Positions 50,386-59,952 of a stretch of DNA of 64,000 bases are shown in pieces. Both the position numbers and the translations under genes were made by a program. Location of the stretch: contig JAAEPH010000312.1 of the NCBI GenBank assembly GCA_024232855.1, forward strand, positions 1,091-65,090, given 5' to 3'. The notes under the pieces are model-generated. The model was not told the DNA's origin. It worked only from the letters and a program-made list of their open reading frames with translations, and made no database searches. The DNA is from Gammaproteobacteria bacterium. Lineage in GTDB: Bacteria > Pseudomonadota > Gammaproteobacteria > GCA-001735895. Numbering within the stretch: the stretch's first letter is position 1; each line of letters opens with the position of its first letter.

Positions 50386-51660
50386 ATGAAGCTGTTAATT
50401 GTCGGTGGCGGGGGGCGCGAGCATGCGCTCGCCTGGAAATCGGCGCGCTCAGATCGGGTCGAAAAGGTATATATCGCACCCGGTAATGCCGGCACCACGC
50501 TTGAGCCAGGTATCGAGAATATCGACATCAGCGCGGAAGACCTGGATGCATTGCTGGACTTCGCGCGCACAAACCGGATCGACTTGACCATCGTCGGGCC
50601 TGAAGCTCCGCTGGTTGCGGGCATCGTCGATCTTTTCGAGGAAAACGGTTTAACCATCTTCGGTCCCAGCGCCGGGGCGGCGCAACTCGAGGGTTCGAAG
50701 ACCTTTACCAAGGACTTTCTCGAGCGCCACCGGATACCCAGCGCGGCCTATCAAAGTTTTACCGACCTCGACGCTGCCTGCGCCTACGTGGCGCAACATT
50801 CCACACCCCTCGTGGTCAAGGCGGATGGACTCGCCGCGGGCAAGGGCGTGATTGTTGCGCATACCCGGGCCGAGGCCGAGGCCGCGGTCCGCGACATGCT
50901 CGCGGGAAACCGTTTTGGAGAGGCCGGCCACCGCGTCGTCGTCGAGGATTTTTTACCGGGTGAAGAAGCGAGCTTCATCTGTATCGTCGATGGTGAACAG
51001 GTATTGCCGCTCGCCAGTTCGCAGGATCACAAGGCCCGTGACAACGGTGATATCGGTCCCAATACCGGGGGCATGGGCGCCTATTCGCCCGCGCCCGTCG
51101 TCAGCGATGACATCGAGGCCCAGGTGATGCGCGATATCATCCAGCCGACCGTGGCCGCGATGAACGCCGAGGGTAATCGTTACCGGGGTTTCCTGTACGC
51201 AGGCCTGATGATCGGAGCAGACGGTGTCGCCCGCGTTCTCGAATACAACTGCCGTTTCGGTGACCCCGAAACCCAGCCGATCCTGATGCGCCTGAAATCC
51301 GACCTGGTCGAACTGTGCCTGGCGGCCTGCCGCGGCGAACTCGCGAGCCAGTCGGCCGAATGGGATGAGCGTGCCAGTGTCGGCGTGGTGCTGGCCGCCA
51401 ATGGCTATCCGGACCAGTATGCAAAGGGAGACCTGATCGAAAACATTCCGCTCGAATCAGATACCGGCAAGGTGTTTCATGCCGGCACGCGACACGACGA
51501 CGACGGAAACATCCGCTCCGACGGCGGCCGCGTGCTGTGTGCAGTCGGTCTCGGAAACGACATCCGGCAAGCGCAGCAACGCGCCTATGATCTGGTCGCA
51601 AAAATAGGCTGGGAATCGGCTTTTTATCGCACCGATATCGGTTTCAAGGCGCTTAATTAA
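50386..51660 (+). CDS. purD: Phosphoribosylamine--glycine ligase
   Basis: MKLLIVGGGGREHALAWK... Start at Met51 of ORF 50236..51660. Confidence 0.95.
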   Translation: MKLLIVGGGGREHALAWKSARSDRVEKVYIAPGNAGTTLEPGIENIDISAEDLDALLDFARTNRIDLTIVGPEAPLVAGIVDLFEENGLTIFGPSAGAAQLEGSKTFTKDFLERHRIPSAAYQSFTDLDAACAYVAQHSTPLVVKADGLAAGKGVIVAHTRAEAEAAVRDMLAGNRFGEAGHRVVVEDFLPGEEASFICIVDGEQVLPLASSQDHKARDNGDIGPNTGGMGAYSPAPVVSDDIEAQVMRDIIQPTVAAMNAEGNRYRGFLYAGLMIGADGVARVLEYNCRFGDPETQPILMRLKSDLVELCLAACRGELASQSAEWDERASVGVVLAANGYPDQYAKGDLIENIPLESDTGKVFHAGTRHDDDGNIRSDGGRVLCAVGLGNDIRQAQQRAYDLVAKIGWESAFYRTDIGFKALN

Positions 51661-51857
51661 ACTTGAGTTACGAGATAAAGATGAAGTGATTTGTTAGCTT
51701 TGTTGTGTAAATCACTGAACGCTATTATAAAAAATCACGTTCCTGTGAAATCGACACAACCACAATATATTGTATGTGTAAATAATTCATACCGCAACAT
51801 ATTGTGATTTAGTCCCAAGTGGATATACTACGCGAAACCAGCTCAGGGATCCTCCAT

Positions 51858-52064
51858 ATGAAGTGCCCCAATTGCAGTTCGCAGATGTTCATCACCGACG
51901 AAACCGTCAATTCTAAAAGCCATGTGATTTTTTTCCGCTGCAGCCTCTGTGTCAGCGAGCATGTCTCGTCGGAACCGACTATCGAGGTTACGAGCCAGCC
52001 GTCGGTCCAGCAGCCGACGGCAAATTTCGCGCAGGCGTCGATGCGAGTTCAGTACGCCGTCTGA
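51858..52064 (+). CDS. Small C4 zinc-ribbon protein (about 68 aa), hypothetical
   Basis: MKCPNCSS...FRCSLCVS. Start at Met14 of ORF 51819..52064. Preceded by an AT-rich leader of about 200 bp containing palindromes. Confidence 0.4.
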   Translation: MKCPNCSSQMFITDETVNSKSHVIFFRCSLCVSEHVSSEPTIEVTSQPSVQQPTANFAQASMRVQYAV

Positions 52065-52336
52065 GCGGCCGATTACCTGGCGCGAGCCGCCGGTAGTCAG
52101 GGTTATCCAGGGTCCCGGGAGAACTACAGTGCACAGACAGGTCTATCAGAATCAGACTGGTGTCAACTGGTCATTGCTGAAGGAGCGGCTCATCTACTTG
52201 CCCGGTGCGATTGTGCTGATGTACGGCCTCTGGTTATCGCTCACCGCCTGATCCGAATCCCGCGAACCCACAACTCGCAACGACTCTCGTTGCAGAGTAA
52301 GGCGTGAACCCGGCCATCCTCACCGCTGCCAATCGG

Positions 52337-53737
52337 TCAGACGGTTTGAAATTTCAGGCGGGCCTGCAATCCCCCCAGGCTACCGCGAGCAAAGCCGAGT
52401 TCGATATTATAGGATTCGGCAATGCCGGCGACCACGGCAAGACCGATGCCCTGCCCCTCGGTGGATTCGTCGAGGCGCGTGCCCCGATTCAGTATCTGCT
52501 CGATCTCGCACGCGGCCAGCCCTTCACCGTCGTCTTCGATAATCAGGCTCGTCGACCGCTCCAGCTCGTCGCTTAGCGCCGATACGGAAATCCGGCTCCT
52601 ACCGTACTTGAATGCATTGTCGAGCAAGTTACCGACGACCTCCAGGCAATCCCCTTCATCCATGCGCAACGGCATCGTCGGTGGCAGGCTGCGTTCCACC
52701 CGGATCGATTTTTCCAGGTAAACCTTTTCCAGCGCCGGCAGCAGTTTTTCCACTATCGCCACCAGTTCCAGCGGCTTGCTGATACTCATTTCGGAAGCGC
52801 TGCTCGCCTTTTGCAACTGGTAGGACACGATCTGGTTCATACGGCCGGTCTGCTCGCGCAGGGTTTCAAGCTGCGCCTGGTCGATTTGAGCGCGATCGCC
52901 GAGACCGGTTAACACCGCCAGCGGTGTTTTCAGGCTGTGGGCGAGGTCATCCATGGCATTACGGTAACGTTGGAGCTGGTAGTGTTCGCGCTTCAGCAGG
53001 ATATTCAGGTTTTCGGTCAGCGGCGCGATCTCGGCCGGGTACTCCTGCTCGAAACCCGATTGCCGGTGGTCTTCGATCGCCTTGACCTCGAGCCCGATCT
53101 TCTGCAGCGGCCGCAGGCTCCAGCGGGTCACCAGGTACATGATTCCGAGAAGCAAAATGGTGGTTATGATCAACCAGGTCCACAGGATTTGTCGAAACCG
53201 GTTCAACTGTTCGTAATAATCGACCGCATTGCGCCAGACTACAACCTGATAGCGTCGTAATTTGTTGTCGATATCCGGCCACTCCAGCGCAAATCCGAGC
53301 CGAAAATACGGTGTTGACTGCTGCTCGGCGAGTTCGAATTTCCAGTCGCCACGCTTGATGCGATCCATCGCCGGGAAACCGAGAGTGATCGACTCTGAGC
53401 GCCAGATCTCGCGCTTGTTTCGATCGTATAGCAACGCGTACAGCCCGGAATCGCGTGTCACCAGGCTGGGCTCGAACAGGCGGCCGGCGGTAACGGTGAT
53501 ACCGAAACCCTGTTCGTCCTTGTCGACGGCGCCGAGCAGGCTATAGATGAGCAATTGCAGGCGATCTTCCTCTGCCTGCAGCGCACGCTTGACCACCGCC
53601 CGCTCGAGCGCGACCGCGGTCAACACCATGAAAATCGCCAGCACCACCATCGACACCAGCGTCAGTCTCGATTTTATCGATCTCACTTGTTCAGTTTGGC
53701 TCCAGGCGTTCCAGGGTAAACCGATAACCCCGACCAC
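52337..53737 (-). CDS. Two-component sensor histidine kinase (PhoQ-like)
   Basis: Two TM helices plus a periplasmic domain, then HAMP. H-box HSLKTPLAVLTGL, N-box GNLLDNAFKYG, G-boxes DDGEGL...GQGIGLAV. A GTG start near 53737 is likely. Confidence 0.85.
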   Translation of the reverse strand: MVGVIGLPWNAWSQTEQVRSIKSRLTLVSMVVLAIFMVLTAVALERAVVKRALQAEEDRLQLLIYSLLGAVDKDEQGFGITVTAGRLFEPSLVTRDSGLYALLYDRNKREIWRSESITLGFPAMDRIKRGDWKFELAEQQSTPYFRLGFALEWPDIDNKLRRYQVVVWRNAVDYYEQLNRFRQILWTWLIITTILLLGIMYLVTRWSLRPLQKIGLEVKAIEDHRQSGFEQEYPAEIAPLTENLNILLKREHYQLQRYRNAMDDLAHSLKTPLAVLTGLGDRAQIDQAQLETLREQTGRMNQIVSYQLQKASSASEMSISKPLELVAIVEKLLPALEKVYLEKSIRVERSLPPTMPLRMDEGDCLEVVGNLLDNAFKYGRSRISVSALSDELERSTSLIIEDDGEGLAACEIEQILNRGTRLDESTEGQGIGLAVVAGIAESYNIELGFARGSLGGLQARLKFQTV

Positions 53738-54377
53738 GCAGGGTTTCGATCGGCTTCAGGCTTTCCCCGGGATCGAGTTTCTGGCGTAGCCGGCGAATAA
53801 ACACCTCGATAACGTTGCTGTCATTGTCGGATTCATCGTCGTAAAGGTGTTCGGTCAGTACCGTTTTCGAAATCACTTCGCCGGCGTGCAGCATCAGGTA
53901 CTCGAGCACCTTGTACTCATAAGCCGTCAAACCCAGTTCACGATCATCGACGTAGGTTCGCTGCGTCGAGGTATCGAGACTAACCGGTGCGCACAGGATG
54001 CGGGAATCGGACCATCCCGAGGCGCGCCGGATGAGAACGCGGATACGCGCCATCATCTCCTCATGGTGAAACGGCTTGACCAGGTAATCATCGGCGCCGG
54101 CATCGAGTCCCTCCACCTTGTCCTGCCAGCGGCCTCTTGCCGTCAGAATCAATATCGGAACCTTGATGCCCTGCTGTCGAATGCGGTTGATGACATCCAG
54201 CCCGGACATCTTTGGCAAGCCCAGGTCAACGATGGCGACATCGGCAGGATATTCCTCGACCAGGTATAGCCCTTCGTCGCCGTTATCGGCGCTATCGACG
54301 GCAAATCCCTCGGTCTTCAGGCGCGCAACGATTTGCTGCTGGATATCGATGTCATCTTCTATGACGATGGCTCGCAT
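53691..54377 (-). CDS. OmpR/PhoB-family response regulator (PhoP-like)
   Basis: Receiver domain (DD...D...K motifs) plus a winged-helix C-terminus ending ..RGRGYRF. Confidence 0.9.
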   Translation of the reverse strand: MRAIVIEDDIDIQQQIVARLKTEGFAVDSADNGDEGLYLVEEYPADVAIVDLGLPKMSGLDVINRIRQQGIKVPILILTARGRWQDKVEGLDAGADDYLVKPFHHEEMMARIRVLIRRASGWSDSRILCAPVSLDTSTQRTYVDDRELGLTAYEYKVLEYLMLHAGEVISKTVLTEHLYDDESDNDSNVIEVFIRRLRQKLDPGESLKPIETLRGRGYRFTLERLEPN

Positions 54378-54406
54378 CGGATTTCTCGTTTGGCGGTTAG
54401 CAAAGA

Positions 54407-54964
54407 TTAGATCACAGGTGCAAATTGAATGCGCATTTTTATGTGCTCGCCAGGATCGTAAGGCATTTCAATGCGATAGCGACGATCACGGTACTCGTAG
54501 GTAACGTCGTAGCCATCCAGCACTTTCTCGTAGCTGACGCGGTGACGGGTTTTACAGTGTTCCTCATAGCCGGTCAGGGTTTTCTTCGGCTGGACATCGC
54601 CATTGACTGCATCATGCCCGATACCCGCGCCTATCAGGGTGCCCGCCGCGGTCGCTACCTTGTTGCCGCGGCCACTACCGAACTGATGGCCAATAATGCC
54701 TCCGAGCAAACCGCCTACCAGCATTCCGCTGGCTGACTTATGCGGCTTGCGCGTGTGGTAAACCGGCTCTTCCCAGCACTCGCGTATCGGCGTCGATACC
54801 TTGACTTCACGGTAGATCGGGCGCGCTTCGAGTACTTGCGCGTACTCGTACAACACCTGCTTGCCAATCGATTCGTGATTCTTATGCTCATGGCCGCCGC
54901 CGGCGTTGGCGACACCGGCAAACACCAGCAGCGCAATCGCCAGGGTTGTTTTAATGCTCTTCAT
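54407..54964 (-). CDS. Glycine-zipper (Rick_17kDa_Anti-like) outer-membrane protein
   Basis: Signal peptide MKSIKTTLAIALLVFAGVANA from Met20. Gly-zipper GMLVGGLLGGIIGHQFGSG...GTLIGAGIG. Confidence 0.65.
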   Translation of the reverse strand: MKSIKTTLAIALLVFAGVANAGGGHEHKNHESIGKQVLYEYAQVLEARPIYREVKVSTPIRECWEEPVYHTRKPHKSASGMLVGGLLGGIIGHQFGSGRGNKVATAAGTLIGAGIGHDAVNGDVQPKKTLTGYEEHCKTRHRVSYEKVLDGYDVTYEYRDRRYRIEMPYDPGEHIKMRIQFAPVI

Positions 54965-55228
54965 AACGGTCTCCCATCTGTAAAGAATGACCGGCACTAT
55001 AGGCCCTGTTAACTGAATCAACCCTTAACGTCCCCACCACCACCCTGCACTGTGAAATAGTTACAAAATCCCCCAAAACTCCCCGGGAACAGGCCCGACC
55101 CAGGAAGACAGTCCGTTAGCAATCCCGGCAACGGCGCGGCCACCGGGAAATGTGCCGTGTCCCCACTCGAAGGGAAGAGTTTGCAACCCCGTCCGTCAAA
55201 GGATCATCGGTTTCGGACCAGGTTCGAT

Positions 55229-55357
55229 GGCTAGCCCGCATATCTCACCACGCTCCGTCGCGATATGCACATGGATGTGCAGTAGTAGAGCAATGCAGCG
55301 GTCCGACGTATCGGAGCAATTGCCGAGCAGGTGGGTGGTGAGATATGCGGGCTAGCT
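55229..55357. repeat. Palindromic dispersed repeat, family B, copy 1 (20-bp arms with an ~88-bp spacer) in a divergent promoter region
   Basis: ggctagcccgcatatctcacc ... ggtgagatatgcgggctagc. The same arms recur at 59753-59797. Confidence 0.55.
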
Positions 55358-55477
55358 CGGGGGAATGCCCTGGAGACTTTGGCCGATCCGATGACAATGA
55401 TTCTGGCGCGTGCGGTCGGGCTTGCTTTTTGATAACGAATACCTAAGCTTGTCGGCTGTTTCGACGAAGGCCCGGTA

Positions 55478-56410
55478 ATGTTAGCTTTAGAAATATCAGA
55501 TTTGTACAAAACCTACAGTAGCGGCCTGCAGGCGCTGAAGGGTATCAATCTGCAGGTCGAAGAGGGTGATTTCTTTGCCCTGCTCGGCCCCAACGGCGCC
55601 GGCAAATCAACCTGCATAGGTATCATTTCCGGGCTGGTCAATAAAACCGGCGGCTACGTCAAAATCTTCGGCCACTCCATCGACGACGAGTTCATCATCG
55701 CCAAGTCACTGCTCGGCTCGGTACCCCAGGAATTCAACTTCAATACCTTCGAACCGGTCGAAGAGATCATCATCAACCAGGCCGGATTTTACGGGGTTCC
55801 GGCACGCCTCGCACGCGTCGTAACCGCGCATTATCTGAAGCAACTCGGCCTCTGGCAGCACCGCAGATCCCAGGCAAGACGGCTCTCGGGCGGGATGAAG
55901 CGCCGTCTCATGATCGCGCGAGCGTTGATCCACAAACCGCGCCTGTTAATCCTCGATGAGCCGACCGCGGGCGTCGATATCGAACTGCGGCGCACCATGT
56001 GGGAGTTTCTCGAACAAATAAACGAGCAGGGAACTACGATAATTCTGACTACTCACTATCTCGAGGAAGCGGAACGCATGTGCCGCAATATCGCCATCAT
56101 CGACGAGGGCGATATCATTCTGGACAGCAGCATGCCGCATTTACTCAAGCAGATGAACTGCGAAACCTTCGTACTTTATCTGCGCGCTGAACTGCAACAG
56201 GCGCCAGTACTGCCGAGCTTTGAAAACGTTGTCAGGCTCGACCCGCACGGCATCGAGGTAGAAGTCCCGGACACGCTTTCGATCAACGATCTGATTGGCG
56301 AGCTCGAAGCCCTGGGCATCGTCGTCGAACGCATGCGCAACAAGGTCAACCGGCTCGAAGAGGTGTTCGTCAAGATGACCAGCAAACCCGTTACAGAGAG
56401 CCTCGGATAA
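55478..56410 (+). CDS. ABC-2 type exporter ATP-binding protein (YadG-like)
   Basis: Walker A GPNGAGKST, signature LSGGMKRRL, Walker B LILDEPT. Confidence 0.85.
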   Translation: MLALEISDLYKTYSSGLQALKGINLQVEEGDFFALLGPNGAGKSTCIGIISGLVNKTGGYVKIFGHSIDDEFIIAKSLLGSVPQEFNFNTFEPVEEIIINQAGFYGVPARLARVVTAHYLKQLGLWQHRRSQARRLSGGMKRRLMIARALIHKPRLLILDEPTAGVDIELRRTMWEFLEQINEQGTTIILTTHYLEEAERMCRNIAIIDEGDIILDSSMPHLLKQMNCETFVLYLRAELQQAPVLPSFENVVRLDPHGIEVEVPDTLSINDLIGELEALGIVVERMRNKVNRLEEVFVKMTSKPVTESLG

Positions 56411-57180
56411 TGCTTTACCAGTTCTGGATTGCCTATCTGACTATCACGCGTCGGGAAATACTGCGTTTTTCCCGGATCTGGGTGCAGACTATTATTCCGC
56501 CGGTAGTCATGGTCGCGCTTTACTTCGTTATCTTCGGTAACCTGATCGGGCAGCGTATCGGTGAAATGGATGGAATGACCTATATAGACTTCATCATGCC
56601 GGGGCTGGTGATGATGTCGATCATCACCAATTCCTATACCAACGTGGTGTCATCATTTTACGGCGCCAAGTACTCGCGTCATATCGAAGAAATGCAGATC
56701 GCCCCGGTTCCGGACCTGGTCATCCTGCTGGGTTTCGTCAGCGGCGGCATGGTGCGCGGTATCTGCGTTGGTTTTGCCGTGACCCTGGTGTCGATGCTGT
56801 TTACCGAGTTTCGCATATATAGCCCCTTCGTGGCCTTGCTGGTCGCGTTACTGACCTCCTGCCTGTTTGCACTCGCCGGCTTGATCAACGCGATCTTCGC
56901 CAACAGCTTCGACGACATCACTATCGTTCCGACCTTCGTGCTGACCCCGCTCACCTACCTGGGGGGCATCTTTTATTCGATCAAGCTACTGCCCGACTTC
57001 TGGCAACAGGTTTCACTGGGTAACCCGATTCTTTACATGGTCAACAGTTTTCGTTACGGGTTTCGCGGCAGCAGCGACATCGATTTATTCACCGCGTTAC
57101 TGGTCATCGTATTCTTTATCGCACTGCTGTTTACTGCCTGCCTGGTACTGCTGTCGCGCGGTACCGGCATTCGCCAATGA
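56410..57180 (+). CDS. ABC-2 type exporter permease (YadH-like)
   Basis: Six-TM ABC-2 permease. The start overlaps the ATPase stop. Confidence 0.8.
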   Translation: MLYQFWIAYLTITRREILRFSRIWVQTIIPPVVMVALYFVIFGNLIGQRIGEMDGMTYIDFIMPGLVMMSIITNSYTNVVSSFYGAKYSRHIEEMQIAPVPDLVILLGFVSGGMVRGICVGFAVTLVSMLFTEFRIYSPFVALLVALLTSCLFALAGLINAIFANSFDDITIVPTFVLTPLTYLGGIFYSIKLLPDFWQQVSLGNPILYMVNSFRYGFRGSSDIDLFTALLVIVFFIALLFTACLVLLSRGTGIRQ

Positions 57181-57965
57181 TCGAAGCGATCGATATTGGC
57201 GCCAATCTGACAAACAATCGCCTGCTTGCGGATATCGATGCCGTTCTGCGGCGCGCACAGGAGGCAGGTGTCGTGCAGATGGTGGTCACGGGCACTTCGA
57301 TCGCGGAAAGCCAAAAGGCGATAGAACTCTGCCAGGACTATCCCGAACGCCTGATTTCGACCTGCGGCATACACCCGCATCATGCCAGCGACTGGGAACA
57401 GAGCAGCTTTGCGCACATACGCGCCCTGGCACAGCAGGACTGCGTGCGCGCCATCGGCGAAACCGGTCTCGATTTCAATCGTAATTTTTCGCCGCCCGCC
57501 GCACAGGAATTCGCCTTTCAGCAGCAGATGGCGCTCGCCGCCGAATTGCACAAACCACTGTTCTGCCACCAGCGTGACGCGCATGCCCGCTTCGTCGAAA
57601 TGCTCGGGGAATACCGCGACCAGATCGACAGGGTGGTGGTACACTGTTTCACCGATACGCGCGCGGCGCTGATCGAGTATCTCGATCTCGACTGTTACAT
57701 CGGCATCACCGGGTGGATCTGCGACGAGCGTCGCGGGCTTGAATTACGCCAGCTGGCAAAGCTTATTCCTGCGGATCGATTGCTGCTCGAAACGGACGCA
57801 CCCTACCTGTTACCGCGCAATCTCGAGCCAAAACCGGCAAGCCGAACCAATGAACCCGCCTACCTGCCCCACATTCTGCGCGAGGTTGCAGGCTGCCGGA
57901 AGCGGGAACCGGAAGATCTGGCGCGGGATTGCCTGCGTAACAGCCGCCGTTTCTTTGATCTCTGA
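57177..57965 (+). CDS. TatD-family metal-dependent hydrolase
   Basis: IDIGANLT... TIM-barrel TatD motifs (HPHHA, ETGLD). Overlaps the upstream permease stop. Confidence 0.85.
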   Translation: MIEAIDIGANLTNNRLLADIDAVLRRAQEAGVVQMVVTGTSIAESQKAIELCQDYPERLISTCGIHPHHASDWEQSSFAHIRALAQQDCVRAIGETGLDFNRNFSPPAAQEFAFQQQMALAAELHKPLFCHQRDAHARFVEMLGEYRDQIDRVVVHCFTDTRAALIEYLDLDCYIGITGWICDERRGLELRQLAKLIPADRLLLETDAPYLLPRNLEPKPASRTNEPAYLPHILREVAGCRKREPEDLARDCLRNSRRFFDL

Positions 57966-58090
57966 AAAGAACCGGCGCATATCCGCTACCGGTCGTCGGA
58001 AACTGTGAAAATCGGCGCCTTTTTCCGAAATTTTCGTTACAACTTCCGGTTTACGTTCTAAACTTAGGTTCAAACCCGAGTGTTTGACAT

Positions 58091-58801
58091 ATGAATGATC
58101 AGGTAAAAGTCAATTTCTTTGCATCCACGCCTGAACCCTGTAGCTACCTGGAAGATCGCAAATCGGTAAGCGCCTTTGCCAATCCGCATATGGATATGGA
58201 CATGGGGACTTATAACGAGTTGATTCGACACGGTTTTCGGCGTTCGGGCGGCTATATCTACCGGCCGCATTGCCCGCATTGCCAGGAATGTATCTCGGTT
58301 CGCGTACCGGTAAAAAACCATCGTTTCTCACGCAATGAGAAACGCGTGATGCGCCGTAATTCGGACATCCGCATCGGTATTATTCCCGGCCGCTTTCGCG
58401 ACGAGCACTTCGATCTGTACCGGCGTTATATCAACAGCCGCCATGACGAAGGGAGTATGGCCAATCCCAGCAAATCCGACTATCACCGCTTTCTCATCTG
58501 TGACTGGACCGACACGCTGTTCTTCGAATACCGCCTCAACCGCATACTGATTGCAGTTGCGGTCTGTGATATTACCGATAGCGGCCTGTCCGCGGTTTAT
58601 ATTTTTTTCGACCCCGATTACGCGGACCGCAGTCCCGGGCATTATGCGATTCTGAACCAGATCGAGGAGTCTCGTTCGCGCGACCTCGAATACCTGTATC
58701 TCGGCTACTGGATTCGCAACTGCGGCAAGATGAGCTACAAGCGTCGCTACAGGCCCCTCGAAGCCTATGTCAACGACCAGTGGGTCGCGCTCGAAGACTG
58801 A
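58091..58801 (+). CDS. bpt: Arginyl-tRNA--protein transferase-like aspartate/glutamate leucyltransferase
   Basis: CPHCQEC cysteine cluster, and ATE_N/ATE_C-like conservation (YRPH..C...R, GLSAVYIFFDP). Confidence 0.85.
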   Translation: MNDQVKVNFFASTPEPCSYLEDRKSVSAFANPHMDMDMGTYNELIRHGFRRSGGYIYRPHCPHCQECISVRVPVKNHRFSRNEKRVMRRNSDIRIGIIPGRFRDEHFDLYRRYINSRHDEGSMANPSKSDYHRFLICDWTDTLFFEYRLNRILIAVAVCDITDSGLSAVYIFFDPDYADRSPGHYAILNQIEESRSRDLEYLYLGYWIRNCGKMSYKRRYRPLEAYVNDQWVALED

Positions 58802-58813
58802 GTTTGCCAGAGA

Positions 58814-59005
58814 AGTTCTCGCGGAGGCGCAGAGACGCAGGGGTTCGCAGAGGATATTTTACAGGGTGGGTGCCGGGCCTCTCTCTCCAAATTACGACAA
58901 CCTCGTGCCTCTCTGCGTGTCCCCGCGCCTCCGCGCCTCCGCGAGAACCTTCCCTATTCCTTTCTCCGCGCTTCCCTGCGCCTTTGCGCCTCCGCGAGAA
59001 CCTTT
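58814..59005. repeat. REP/MITE-like inverted-repeat element, family A, copy 2
   Basis: agttctcgcggaggcgcagagacgcaggggttcgcagagg ... cctctctgcgtgtccccgcgcctccgcgcctccgcgagaacctt, plus a second partial right arm ...gcgcctccgcgagaacctttt. Lies between convergent bpt and ampD. Confidence 0.6.
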
Positions 59006-59016
59006 TCTTGAACCGT

Positions 59017-59574
59017 TTAACCGGCCAGGTACTTTCTGAGTTTGGCCCAGTCGAATACCGGCCCGGGATCGGTCTTGCGCCCGGGAGCGATATCGCTGTG
59101 GCCGGTAACTGAATCCGCTTCGATCCGTGGGTAGTTCACGCGCAAACTGGCGACCAGCTCGGCCAGGCTCAAATACTGCGCTTCGGTATAGGCCTGGTCA
59201 TCGCAACCCTCGAGTTCGATGCCGATCGAAAAATTATTACAGGCGGATTCGCCACACCACTCCGATTCACCGGCATGCCAGGCGCGATCCAGAAAGGACA
59301 CGAACTGCAGCAGCTTGCCGCTGCGCTCGATAAGGCAATGGGCCGATACCTTCATCGAGCAAATCGTCTCGAAGTAGGGATGCGCACCGACATCGAGCCG
59401 ATTGCAAAAAAATTTCTGAATATGGCCACCGCCGTACTCGCCGGGTGGCAAACTGATGCCATGCACGACGATTAGTTTTATTTGAGCGCCACCCGGTCTT
59501 GCATCGAAATTGGGTGACCGAATCATCTCCTCCGATTGCAACCAACCGGCATCATCTATCAACAGTGTCGTCAT
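59017..59574 (-). CDS. ampD: 1,6-anhydro-N-acetylmuramyl-L-alanine amidase AmpD
   Basis: Amidase_2 fold with HGISLPPGEYGG and AWHAGES motifs. Start at Met18 (MTTLLIDDAGWL) of ORF 59017..59625. Confidence 0.88.
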   Translation of the reverse strand: MTTLLIDDAGWLQSEEMIRSPNFDARPGGAQIKLIVVHGISLPPGEYGGGHIQKFFCNRLDVGAHPYFETICSMKVSAHCLIERSGKLLQFVSFLDRAWHAGESEWCGESACNNFSIGIELEGCDDQAYTEAQYLSLAELVASLRVNYPRIEADSVTGHSDIAPGRKTDPGPVFDWAKLRKYLAG

Positions 59575-59752
59575 TCGATCCTTACCAACGAAGCCCTGAA
59601 TCCTTACCGCAACCCGCCGCACCATAATTTATTCGCCTTGAACCTGCAAGACCTCAATCAACCGCAAGATAGCCTGGTTAATCCGGCACACTGAACCCTC
59701 GGGGACAAACCAGTAGTTGATTCTCAAGCCCGCTGTCGGATTCCCGCGCGGG

Positions 59753-59797
59753 CGACTAGCCCGCATATCCCACCCCCTGGTGAGATATGCGGGCTAG
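59753..59797. repeat. Palindromic dispersed repeat, family B, copy 2 (4-nt loop), embedded in a larger nested inverted repeat
   Basis: gactagcccgcatatcccacc-ccct-ggtgagatatgcgggctagc. Flanked by the outer inverted repeat cggattcccgcgcgggc ... gcccgcgcgggaatccc (about 59739-59849). Confidence 0.55.
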
Positions 59798-59952
59798 CGG
59801 CAGGATAGCCGCGGGACCGGGCCATGGATGGCCCATCGGAGCCCGCGCGGGAATCCCGGCAGCGGGGCGTCGTGATGGGCAAAGACGAATGCCTGTCCCC
59901 GAGGGATCAGGGAATTGTAAGGTCCCCGCTTGCGCGGGGACGACGAATTCAA

